Below, piece after piece: positions 18,078 through 25,250 of a DNA stretch of 37,109 nt (position 1 is its first letter; every line of letters begins with the position of its first letter). The notes beneath the pieces are model-generated. The model saw only the letters and a list, made by a program, of their open reading frames with translations, was not told the origin of the DNA and searched no databases. A program made the translations under genes and the position numbers. The DNA comes from a virus (Duplodnaviria > Caudoviricetes), in the IMG/VR virus record IMGVR_UViG_3300035676_000024, positions 1-37,109 of that record. One strand, given 5' to 3'.

Positions 18078-18260
18078 TCATTGCGAGGGTGCATCTACTG
18101 GCTGACTAAGCTGCGCTACAGCATCCTCGTAGCCGGATGTGTACGCGATGTTCCACAGTTGCTGTAGGCTCATGTTGATAAGGTTCTGGCTGTACTCTAC
18201 AGCACTGCGACCTTTTTCCAGAGACTTCTGTGATGGTTTTATTTCAACTTGTTGCGTCAT
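18078..18260 (-). CDS. Hypothetical protein (60 aa)
   Basis: ATG at 18260 overlaps the nuclease stop; GAGG RBS. Confidence 0.7.
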   Translation of the reverse strand: MTQQVEIKPSQKSLEKGRSAVEYSQNLINMSLQQLWNIAYTSGYEDAVAQLSQPVDAPSQ

Positions 18261-18580
18261 GATATGTCTTCCTCTCTTAAAACGTAGCGCCCTGTCTTTG
18301 CAGACTTGCGCCAACCTTGTACTACAACTCTGATACCAGCATCTCTGACGAGAGCTAGCGTGTCAGATGCCATGATTTTCTTTATCCTGTCGCTGACAGC
18401 AGAGGCTGTGACCTGCACTGCCAGGACTTCTCCTTTACGGATGGCAAGGATGTCGCACCACCCCCACAGGTCTTTACGCTGTTTCGTGAAGCTGTTCCAC
18501 TTCTCCACCACCTCGCAGTGGTATCCCTGCTCACGCAGGTAGGCTAGAGAGCGCTGTGTGGGTGATGTCTTTGTTGCCAT
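18257..18580 (-). CDS. PD-(D/E)XK nuclease (resolvase/VRR-NUC-like)
   Basis: LREQGY-CEVVE, DLWGWCDILAI, LAVQVT pattern. Confidence 0.7.
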   Translation of the reverse strand: MATKTSPTQRSLAYLREQGYHCEVVEKWNSFTKQRKDLWGWCDILAIRKGEVLAVQVTASAVSDRIKKIMASDTLALVRDAGIRVVVQGWRKSAKTGRYVLREEDIS

Positions 18581-18650
18581 AAAAGGTTGGCCTACTCGCT
18601 ACGTCCGGCCCCCGCTACGCAGTTGCTCAGCATCCGCTTTCGGCCTTATC

Positions 18651-18800
18651 TCAGTAGCAGTTGGTAGAGCAGTTGCCGAAATAGCAACAGGTCGTGCATG
18701 TCACCATGCGTCCACCAGATGTGATTGTGTGGGTAGAGCAGGATGCCCAAGCACCAGTGGTGACGAGAGCGATGCTAATTGCTGCGAGAAACTTCTTCAT
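18651..18800 (-). CDS. Secreted six-Cys miniprotein (49 aa, not in ORF track)
   Basis: AGGAG RBS; MKKFLAAISIALVTTGAWA (signal peptide, A-x-A site) followed by SCSTHTITSGGRMVTCTTCCYFGNCSTNCY. Confidence 0.8.
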   Translation of the reverse strand: MKKFLAAISIALVTTGAWASCSTHTITSGGRMVTCTTCCYFGNCSTNCY

Positions 18801-18814
18801 GATTTACTCCTGTG

Positions 18815-19249
18815 TCAGAACATTTCTTTCAATTCTTTGTGTCTTTGTTTGTGGCATGGTTGGCACAGCCACATAACCTCAAGTGGTTTATCGTAATCTT
18901 CATGATGTGCTACTGATTTCTGATTTCCGCAACGTACACATGGAAGCCGAACAAGTTTTCCTTTTTTTATCGCATATGAGACTCTGCTGTGTGCGATGTT
19001 TCTGCGTTTATCTTCTGCTCTCCAAGCTCTATTAACCTCAGTGTTCGCTTTTATGCGCTCTGAAATTTTTCCTCTTGCTCGGTCATATGCGCGAATCTTG
19101 TCAATGTTTTTGTTCCTGTGTTCAGTTGCATCATTCTTGGTGCACTCCTTACATTTGTTGAGATGCCCGTCAGCCATCATTGAATGCTTGTAGAACTCAG
19201 TGAGTGGCTTGACGGACTTGCACTTAAAACACTCCTTAGAACGAACCAT
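18815..19249 (-). CDS. HNH endonuclease with N-terminal Zn-finger (putative free-standing homing endonuclease)
   Basis: CxxC...CxxC N-terminus; CVRCG...AHHEDYDKPLEVMWLCQPCHKQRH; visibly more AT-rich than its flanks. Confidence 0.8.
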   Translation of the reverse strand: MVRSKECFKCKSVKPLTEFYKHSMMADGHLNKCKECTKNDATEHRNKNIDKIRAYDRARGKISERIKANTEVNRAWRAEDKRRNIAHSRVSYAIKKGKLVRLPCVRCGNQKSVAHHEDYDKPLEVMWLCQPCHKQRHKELKEMF

Positions 19250-19293
19250 GCCGTACTCCTGTGCTATGGATGTACGACCATTATAGGCCCGTT

Positions 19294-19605
19294 CTAATTA
19301 AAAGGTACGTCATCATTCTTAGGCCGATACGCATAGTCGTTGTTCTCCCTGCGTTGGTAGCCTGACCGCACCTCTCTGGGTGTTTCCTTTTGCTTTCGTG
19401 CCCAGTTGTCTTCTGCCAGAGACAGCAGGCTGTAGCCCATGCTGGTTGGCTTTTCCCATGCGCTGAGCTTGAGTTTGTCACCAGCCTTGTAGTCCATCTC
19501 CAGGACTAGGAAGCCCTTGTAGTCCGGGCCTTTCTCGCTCTTACGCTTGGCCTTCTCTTCGTAAAACATGACGCCCTTTCCGGGCATCTCTTTATGTTCA
19601 GCCAT
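19294..19605 (-). CDS. Putative single-stranded DNA-binding protein
   Basis: Start at 19605 (AAGGA RBS) rather than 19743; PDYKG, LSAW motifs and an acidic DDVPF(N) tail; located next to RecT and the exonuclease. Confidence 0.65.
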   Translation of the reverse strand: MAEHKEMPGKGVMFYEEKAKRKSEKGPDYKGFLVLEMDYKAGDKLKLSAWEKPTSMGYSLLSLAEDNWARKQKETPREVRSGYQRRENNDYAYRPKNDDVPFN

Positions 19606-19615
19606 CACTTTCCTT

Positions 19616-19846
19616 TCATGGTTGATAGTGGTATCTGGCAAAGACCGACCCACCCTGACTAACATTCTCTGTAAAGATTCGATGTCCCTGCCGTCTAAGG
19701 ACTTCGATATGTGCTGCAAGCCTTGTGTCCCTGTAAAGCTCATACGACTGCTTTTGTGTCAGCGGTCCTACTTCTCGGAGGTGTCCGAGAATTCTGGATC
19801 GTTTTGTAGCGAATCCATACCTGACGGGGACATCTGCGACTTTGGG
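19616..19846 (-). CDS. Winged helix-turn-helix domain (HTH_39-like) in the -1 frame of recT, with no start codon of its own
   Basis: Translates PKVADVPVRYGFATKRSRILGHLREVGPLTQKQSYELYRDTRLAAHIEVLRRQGHRIFTENVSQGGSVFARYHYQP*. There is no in-frame ATG/GTG/TTG back to the previous stop, and the frame fills the gap to the SSB RBS. Confidence 0.75.
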   Translation of the reverse strand, partial: PKVADVPVRYGFATKRSRILGHLREVGPLTQKQSYELYRDTRLAAHIEVLRRQGHRIFTENVSQGGSVFARYHYQP

Positions 19847-20634
19847 TTGGTTTGCCCTCCAGACTTGACAATCTCCCCTTTCAGCTTGACCTTGTGAAGG
19901 CTACTAAAACCCTCTACAACGTCTTTATTTGCTTCTTGCAGGGCCAAGTACTTGTTCGTCTTCTCAGCCCATGTAACCTTGTCAGAAGAGGCTATACGGG
20001 CAATGAGAGAAGAGTAGCCAGCAATCCATTCATCCTCGGTGTAGTAGCTGCTGTGTACCTTGTCGCCAGGAAGGTGAAGCTTGAACGCCCCTTCCTCTTT
20101 CTGTTCCACAACATCTACCCGCTCTGCCATACCCATGTCTACAGGTGCAGCAGGTTTGGCAGGCTCAAAGTCCTGTACCTCCTCAGGAGTGTAGACACCC
20201 ACAACTACGCCAGGGTAGACGGCACGGATGCCTTCTGACAGCACCCTAGCCCTGAGCATGGCACGAGGGTAGTTGCGCCAGTTGTCTTTATTGGCAATTC
20301 CTATCGACTTAGCCTGACCGATAGTCCATGTCACTTCTAGGCTACCGCCTTGAGGGTGAGAGAACAGTCCCGTGACCTGCTCGTCTGTGTAAACCTTCCA
20401 CTCAACCCTACCGCCAGCAGCCTGAAACCGTGCAAGCATGGCATCTGCTTTCAGGGCAGGACGGCCTTGGATCACATGGTAATCACGCATGGCTACAGCA
20501 GGATGCAGGTTCTCTGCTTGGCACAGGAGCATGATCGACATAGCTTCTTCTGGTGTTTTGAACCCGAACAGCTTTGACTGTGCTGCTACTTTACCCATGT
20601 TCTCTATGTCTGAGAAAGGTACGATGTTGCTCAT
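19768..20634 (-). CDS. RecT/Red-beta-like single-strand annealing protein
   Basis: HVIQGRPALKADAMLARF and NWRNYPRAMLRARVLSEGIRAVYP-V--GVYTPEE signature; paired with a YqaJ exonuclease. Confidence 0.8.
   Translation of the reverse strand: MSNIVPFSDIENMGKVAAQSKLFGFKTPEEAMSIMLLCQAENLHPAVAMRDYHVIQGRPALKADAMLARFQAAGGRVEWKVYTDEQVTGLFSHPQGGSLEVTWTIGQAKSIGIANKDNWRNYPRAMLRARVLSEGIRAVYPGVVVGVYTPEEVQDFEPAKPAAPVDMGMAERVDVVEQKEEGAFKLHLPGDKVHSSYYTEDEWIAGYSSLIARIASSDKVTWAEKTNKYLALQEANKDVVEGFSSLHKVKLKGEIVKSGGQTNPKSQMSPSGMDSLQNDPEFSDTSEK
19840..19860 (-). promoter_or_regulatory. Putative -1 programmed ribosomal frameshift signal
   Basis: In-frame X_XXY_YYZ heptamer C_CCA_AAG (19846-19840), with GGAGG (19860-19856) 9 nt upstream. 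Confidence 0.7.
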
Positions 20635-20897
20635 TTCACATCCTTTGCATCTGCTGTTTGTGCTTTGAAAATTGCGTGTTCTGCTGATGTTGACGGGCCT
20701 ACCTCAAGTGTGATTTTGATAGGTGGGTTGTCATCAATCCAAATCGGCATGGTTATCTGACTGTTGTCCATATCCTTGCCTGCACTCTTGCTGGCCTTCT
20801 TTGCCGTCTCTAAGATGGCTTTAGCAGCCAAGTACAAGACATGGATAGGATGCCTTTGTGGGTCAGCAGGCTTGACTGTTGATTTACTCCAAGTCAT
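20631..20897 (-). CDS. Hypothetical protein
   Basis: 88 aa, GGAG RBS, ATGA overlaps at both ends. Confidence 0.7.
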   Translation of the reverse strand: MTWSKSTVKPADPQRHPIHVLYLAAKAILETAKKASKSAGKDMDNSQITMPIWIDDNPPIKITLEVGPSTSAEHAIFKAQTADAKDVK

Positions 20898-21070
20898 TTC
20901 TTGGCTCCCTTCTTAACCCCAGGCTTTTTCCTTGGTGTGCCATCCTTACATCTTCCATAAGGTGCTGGCAACATTAGCCTATTCAAACACTCGATCATGT
21001 AGTCGTAGCTGTTTCTAAGCTCAGCAATCTTCTTGTGTATATCTTCTTTCTCTGCTTTCGAGATAAACAT
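20894..21070 (-). CDS. Small protein with basic APYG-KDGTPRKKPG tail (58 aa, not in ORF track)
   Basis: GGAGGTTTCC-ATG start; MFISKAEKEDIHKKIAELRNSYDYMIECLNRLMLPAPYGRCKDGTPRKKPGVKKGAKK. Confidence 0.75.
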   Translation of the reverse strand: MFISKAEKEDIHKKIAELRNSYDYMIECLNRLMLPAPYGRCKDGTPRKKPGVKKGAKK

Positions 21071-21079
21071 GGAAACCTC

Positions 21080-21979
21080 CTACTTGATTAAAAATTTCCT
21101 GGGGCCAGGAACCTCACGCACAAACTGCTTGTAGATGTCTGGCATAGCCTGCTGAAAGAGCTTTTGGTCAAACTTCATGCTTGCCTTGTCGTTCTTCCAC
21201 GTAGCCAGCACGTTGCCTGCAATGTCAACAAGAGCAGACTTGTTCTGCATCCTTTGCTGGATTGCAGCTTTTAGCTTGTCCTCTTCTGTCTCCAGTTGCT
21301 TTCGCTCTGCGTTGACACGGAAGAGTTGAGAGGCCAGTTCTTCCAGCGTAGAGTCAGCCAGAACAGTTGTGTCTGGTGCTGACGTTGGGAACATGAGCTT
21401 GGCTTCGTTGGTAGACGCTGCTGGCAGGGGAGTCCTGCTTTGCACTGCCGCCCAGTAGACAGCCATCTGCTTTATCAGGTCTTCCTTTTGTTGGTCAGCG
21501 ATTGTGAAAGGCGCAAGGAAGAACTCCTGACCGCCGAATAGGACTGCCAGATAAACCTTCTGTACGCCGAACACTGTTGCTTCGTGTACAAGTTGCGCCA
21601 TGTCAGCAGCAGGTATAACTCCAGCTTCCGCATCAAACTTACTACGCACAGCAGCGTTGTAGTTCTTGCATTCAACCAGAATCGTCTGACCATCTTGCAC
21701 CCCGGCAAAGTCAAAGTGGCTACGCAACCAAGACTCTTTCGGGTGAGTCCTGAACTCTTCTACCTTTGTAAGCTGTACGCCTAGCTTCTGCTCAGCAAGC
21801 CTGCCGATAACAGGCTCCATCACATGACCCATCTGCACAGCCTCGTTGTCAGACAGGTCTTCTACCTCCATCATGTCTAGCTTTTGGAGGATGACTTCGT
21901 TGGCTTTGCCGTTGACAGCCCTGCGGGTATCGCCTGACCACCATGCTTGCTTACGGAATGAGTGGTCAAAGTCCGACAT
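21080..21979 (-). CDS. YqaJ-like (lambda-Exo family) recombination exonuclease
   Basis: MGHVMEPVI, HP---WLRSHFD, LVECKN, Q-VHE, LAVLFGG motifs. Confidence 0.88.
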   Translation of the reverse strand: MSDFDHSFRKQAWWSGDTRRAVNGKANEVILQKLDMMEVEDLSDNEAVQMGHVMEPVIGRLAEQKLGVQLTKVEEFRTHPKESWLRSHFDFAGVQDGQTILVECKNYNAAVRSKFDAEAGVIPAADMAQLVHEATVFGVQKVYLAVLFGGQEFFLAPFTIADQQKEDLIKQMAVYWAAVQSRTPLPAASTNEAKLMFPTSAPDTTVLADSTLEELASQLFRVNAERKQLETEEDKLKAAIQQRMQNKSALVDIAGNVLATWKNDKASMKFDQKLFQQAMPDIYKQFVREVPGPRKFLIK

Positions 21980-22208
21980 TGCCGTCCTCCTTGGCTACCC
22001 AGTACTTGCCTTCAGAGCCACAGTAAGTCTGTCCAGCAGGGGCTAGGCGCGTCCTGACGACCTTGGCCCACTGCCACCTACGTCCGTCTTCGTGTTCGCC
22101 CGTAACAGGGTCTCTATCGTTGTCTACACGGCTGCACAGCCCCAGGTCAGGGCGATGTTCCAGCTTGTCTTGCAGGACAAAGTTGGCACAGTTAACACAG
22201 AATTTCAT
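21966..22208 (-). CDS. Cys-containing (Zn-binding) hypothetical protein
   Basis: 80 aa, CVNC...C...CGSEGKYW; GGAGGTTTCC-ATG start. Confidence 0.75.
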   Translation of the reverse strand: MKFCVNCANFVLQDKLEHRPDLGLCSRVDNDRDPVTGEHEDGRRWQWAKVVRTRLAPAGQTYCGSEGKYWVAKEDGNVGL

Positions 22209-22241
22209 GGAAACCTCCAGTTGAGTTAGGATGAGATGAGA

Positions 22242-22270
22242 AGATTAGATGATTAGAAGCGGCTTGTCAA
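22242..22270 (-). promoter_or_regulatory. Sigma70-type promoter for the recombination operon
   Basis: TTGACA-N17-TAATCT; overlaps the direct repeats GATGAGA x2 and GATTAGA x2. Confidence 0.65.
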
Positions 22271-22401
22271 GTGTTTCTTTCTCCTTTCGTTGCTTGTATC
22301 GCTAGTGCCCAGGTGAGCATAAAGATGTTGAAGTCTTCCTGCGTAGGTTCACCTAGAACTTCTTGAACTATGAGCCATGCCTTTTGCATTTTTACGTTCA
22401 T
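22267..22401 (-). CDS. Hypothetical protein (44 aa, not in ORF track)
   Basis: MNVKMQKAWLIVQEVLGEPTQEDFNIFMLTWALAIQATKGERNT; fills the gap between neighbours. Confidence 0.5.
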   Translation of the reverse strand: MNVKMQKAWLIVQEVLGEPTQEDFNIFMLTWALAIQATKGERNT

Positions 22402-22407
22402 GGCAAG

Positions 22408-22623
22408 TCACCCGTTGCTGTCAGGCATAGATCCAGGATGTTCCGGGGCAAGAACTGTCCGTCTTTCACGCTGTCCAGCATCTTGTTCGCTGTCGATCTG
22501 TCGTAGGACAAACCGTTCACGGATGTGCATAGCTTCGTTGTAGCGGTGCAGCCAGCGAATGTCGGCTGTTTCCTTGTATCGCTGTCTGAGTTCTTGCACT
22601 CGTTCATCTATGTAGTCTTTCAT
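22408..22623 (-). CDS. Hypothetical protein
   Basis: 71 aa, AAGGA RBS, ATGA coupling; overlaps the alternative frame 22398..22607. Confidence 0.6.
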   Translation of the reverse strand: MKDYIDERVQELRQRYKETADIRWLHRYNEAMHIRERFVLRQIDSEQDAGQRERRTVLAPEHPGSMPDSNG

Positions 22624-22772
22624 GGTTGTCCTTTCTTAGGGCAGCTTCTGCCCTGATTGCAGTCATGGTTGCATCCTTCACAGGGGTGGTGGTCATCTAT
22701 TTTCATAGCCACCCAGACAGCTAGAGACAGTCCTGAGATGGTCAGGAATACATCCCACCATGATGCGTTCAT
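22620..22772 (-). CDS. Small membrane protein with Cys cluster (50 aa, not in ORF track)
   Basis: MNASWWDVFLTISGLSLAVWVAMKIDDHHPCEGCNHDCNQGRSCPKKGQP; ATGA overlaps at both ends. Confidence 0.7.
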   Translation of the reverse strand: MNASWWDVFLTISGLSLAVWVAMKIDDHHPCEGCNHDCNQGRSCPKKGQP

Positions 22773-23017
22773 ATGTTCCACCTTGTCTCATAGTAGCCCT
22801 CCTTGAGCATTACGGCGTCTGGGTAATCGTCCTGAAACCACTTCCACATCTGGGCGCGTTCGTCCTTAGCCTCTGCCCACAGAAACAAACAGTGCCAACT
22901 CCACACTTCGTCGTTTATGTCATAAGACTTTTCAGCCACCAGTCGGTGAGACGTAATAGAGACGTTGATGCTCAGGTAACTGAGCAGCGCCTGTAGCTTG
23001 TCCTTGTGGGTTCTCAT
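22769..23017 (-). CDS. Hypothetical protein
   Basis: 82 aa, ATGA coupling, GGGG RBS. Confidence 0.65.
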   Translation of the reverse strand: MRTHKDKLQALLSYLSINVSITSHRLVAEKSYDINDEVWSWHCLFLWAEAKDERAQMWKWFQDDYPDAVMLKEGYYETRWNI

Positions 23018-23562
23018 GCTTCCCCCTTAATGCCGTGCGCGGCTTCGATGGCACGGGCCAACTGAAGCCTGCCAGCAACGCTATCGAGACAGTTCGCCGC
23101 CAATTCCCATACCCGCTCATCCGTCAGCGGCTGGCGCTGTGCTGCGGGTGGGGTAGCGTTCTTCTTACGCAGAATGGCATCGGCCCATGCCATACCCTTA
23201 AGAAAAAAATCATGGTCATACATAGGGTCATCGCCATCAGGCATGTCGCTTGGTTCTAAGCCAAGCCACGCCACCGGCTTTTGCTTTGCTGGCTGTGCGG
23301 GTGGGGTGGTGTAGAGGGGTGTCTTAGACCAAGGCATTCGTTTGTTGTTGGTGTGCGTAATGTCTCCGTGCTTGTTGATGTTGGCCCACGCCACAGGCTC
23401 CTGCTTCTCAGCCTCTGCGATGGCGGTGCGTAGGGCGGTGATGGTCTGATTGATGAAATGCTCTGGACGACTCATCACCTCCTCATGGGCGCGTCTGTCG
23501 AAACAAGTCGATACCGACCTCTCCAGCGCCTCCAGCGCCTGTTTCATTACGGTGATGCTCAT
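23014..23562 (-). CDS. Mosaic accessory protein with EPVAW/PLYT-PP modules
   Basis: MKQALEALE...EPVAW...PLYTTPP...PLTDE...ARAIEAAHGI, a common accessory family of proteobacterial phages. Start probably at 23562 (GGAG RBS). Confidence 0.75.
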   Translation of the reverse strand: MSITVMKQALEALERSVSTCFDRRAHEEVMSRPEHFINQTITALRTAIAEAEKQEPVAWANINKHGDITHTNNKRMPWSKTPLYTTPPAQPAKQKPVAWLGLEPSDMPDGDDPMYDHDFFLKGMAWADAILRKKNATPPAAQRQPLTDERVWELAANCLDSVAGRLQLARAIEAAHGIKGEA

Positions 23563-23765
23563 TCTCCACTCCCCCTGATCCACACAGCAGTGCCGCCAGT
23601 GTGTTCAAAGTCTTCCGTCTTCAGACGGATGTAAGCCTGCCCGTTCACACCCGCATTCTGGACGTAGCCTTGGACACCCCACGACTTGACCTCAGTGACC
23701 ACAACCATGCAGCCACCGAACGTTTCTTTTTCAGGATTGACCTGAACGATATCTCCGATGTTCAT
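23559..23765 (-). CDS. Conserved-looking small phage protein (SH3-like)
   Basis: 68 aa, GDIVQVNP...FGGC-VVVTE-KSWGVQGYV; GGAGG RBS. Confidence 0.75.
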   Translation of the reverse strand: MNIGDIVQVNPEKETFGGCMVVVTEVKSWGVQGYVQNAGVNGQAYIRLKTEDFEHTGGTAVWIRGSGE

Positions 23766-24004
23766 TTCATCCTCCTTGCTCTTGCTTGCAATGTCTTCTT
23801 GTGTACCGGCATAACCGGCATCTCTGTTACGTAGTCCTGCGGCACACCACCGCGACTATTGGCATAGGGCGATGACGGCTCAAAGCCTTGCTTGCGCTGT
23901 TCGTTCACATGATGGCTTACTTGGTAGGAAACCTTCCGGGCCATCTCCCTGTCCCTCATGCTGATTTGAGGCTTGTAGTTTTTCCAATCAAAAGGGTTGT
24001 TCAC
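23762..24004 (-). CDS. Hypothetical protein
   Basis: 80 aa, GTGA overlap, GGAGG RBS. Confidence 0.7.
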   Translation of the reverse strand: MNNPFDWKNYKPQISMRDREMARKVSYQVSHHVNEQRKQGFEPSSPYANSRGGVPQDYVTEMPVMPVHKKTLQARARRMK

Positions 24005-24210
24005 TCTGTCCTCCAGCAGCGATAAGACCCGTCTGGCATCTTGCGGGTGATGAACTTTTTGTTTGTCTTGTTCCCGTACCTTGTGGCCGCAACAGAAGCT
24101 GTTGTGCGCTGCACATCTGGGGGAATAGCAAAGCTGTCTCCGACTTTCATTTGTTCGAAAGGGAATCGGCTAGGCAGTGGGATTGCTTTGTCAATAGGGA
24201 GCGGGTTCAT
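24001..24210 (-). CDS. Small putative DNA-binding protein, paralog of 26867..27091
   Basis: FPFEQMKVGDSF...RCWR versus YPYEEMDVGDSF...RVWR. Confidence 0.75.
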   Translation of the reverse strand: MNPLPIDKAIPLPSRFPFEQMKVGDSFAIPPDVQRTTASVAATRYGNKTNKKFITRKMPDGSYRCWRTE

Positions 24211-24298
24211 AGTCGTCCTTGCTGGGGTTGAACTTGTCCGGGCCTGGGGCTTGCCCAGGTCGGTCTAGGGGGTTGGGGAATGGGGGGAAAGGCCACAT
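24191..24298 (-). CDS. Pro-rich peptide (35 aa, not in ORF track)
   Basis: AAGGAGGTTTCC-ATG start; MWPFPPFPNPLDRPGQAPGPDKFNPSKDDYEPAPY. Confidence 0.65.
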   Translation of the reverse strand: MWPFPPFPNPLDRPGQAPGPDKFNPSKDDYEPAPY

Positions 24299-24755
24299 GG
24301 AAACCTCCTTCTATACAAAAGTTAGTCAAGTTATCTTTCCCTGATAACTTTGCTAATTTGACAATACAAGGGCCACAATAGGGATGATGATAGGATTGGG
24401 CCTCATCTCTACTGTCAACCTTACTCACAGGTTGTCCACATTGGGGTTCTACCCTTAATGTGTTCTGCTGCTTTATTTATCGACCCCGCTAATCTGTAGC
24501 GGTCACAGTCCTATGTCAGCCTACTGGTCGTTTATCGCTTGGGGCAGAACCCTCGCGCAGCCGTTCCCCTTGGGTCAAGCTGATCCGCTTTTCTTCCGCG
24601 CCACCACAGACATGGGTGCTTGCTATCGTGCGGAGTACGGTTGACGTAGGGGCAACAAAAAAGCCGGTTACTACTGCCCTTGGTAGGAACCCCCCGCTAA
24701 GCAGTGGGCAAGAGCATGAGTAACCGGCCTTAACTTGTCGCTTCCTACGGCAACG
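24299..24755 (-). ncRNA. Candidate long structured non-coding RNA and/or replication origin region
   Basis: No credible ORF; lies downstream of a good promoter; 5' hairpin/pseudoknot; DnaA-box-like 9-mers near 24422-24441. Confidence 0.4.
24657..24728 (-). terminator. Long hairpin followed by T6 (terminator/attenuator-like)
   Basis: GCCGGTTACT/AGTAACCGGC (10 bp) plus TGCTCTTG/CAAGGGCA, then TTTTTT on the minus strand. Confidence 0.6.
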
Positions 24756-24761
24756 GTTTGC

Positions 24762-24791
24762 AATGTATCAGGGGACTTTGGGGCTTGTCAA
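24762..24791 (-). promoter_or_regulatory. Sigma70-type promoter
   Basis: TTGACA-N18-TACATT with TGn extended -10; shares TTGACAAGCC with the 22270 promoter. Confidence 0.65.
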
Positions 24792-24988
24792 GCCCACACA
24801 GCCATCCCGGTTAAAAAACCCACAGCAAAAGCACAGCCCAGCATGATCCAGATGTCCGGGTCTGTCCTGTCATGCGGGGGCTGGTACAGGGGATCGAATT
24901 GTTCCCTGTAGTTCTGAGGAAAAGCCTCTGCCAGAGTGCGGGGGAAGCGCTTGTAGGTGTCTACCCTGGGTTCGTGTTTCATGGTCAT
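24788..24988 (-). CDS. Small C-terminally anchored membrane protein
   Basis: 66 aa, RFPRTLAEAF motif and one C-terminal TM helix. Confidence 0.75.
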   Translation of the reverse strand: MTMKHEPRVDTYKRFPRTLAEAFPQNYREQFDPLYQPPHDRTDPDIWIMLGCAFAVGFLTGMAVWA

Positions 24989-25176
24989 GCCTCTGTAGTT
25001 GCTTGTTTTTTCTGTTGGTCTGTTGGGTCATTCAGTGCCCACCACTCTAGACAACCATACCTAGGGTTAACCTTGCACACATCGTAAAGCCAGACATTGT
25101 TGGCATGGGGTGAGCGAAATTTGACGATCTGGCCCTCGTAAAGTGGCTTTGACCGTGCATTTGTGCCTGTGAACAT
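24985..25176 (-). CDS. Hypothetical early protein
   Basis: Start probably at 25176, after AAGGATGTTTCCC. Confidence 0.7.
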   Translation of the reverse strand: MFTGTNARSKPLYEGQIVKFRSPHANNVWLYDVCKVNPRYGCLEWWALNDPTDQQKKQATTEA

Positions 25177-25250
25177 GGGAAACATCCTTCTAAAACGGGT
25201 TTAAACGGCCCCAGACGGGTTTTATTGCCTGGGGCTGGGGTTAGGTAGCG

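Noticed and set aside
19606-19743. N-terminal extension of the SSB ORF given by the track
   Set aside because: A better RBS and start exist at 19605, and this interval is explained by the winged-HTH frame.
24358-24418. TTGACA hexamers on both strands as promoters (possible antisense RNA)
   Set aside because: No acceptable -10 element at 16-18 bp spacing for either.
24207-24428. 73-aa minus-strand ORF in the non-coding region
   Set aside because: It runs through the GGAGGTTTCC motif that serves the 35-aa ORF in another frame and lacks a convincing RBS.
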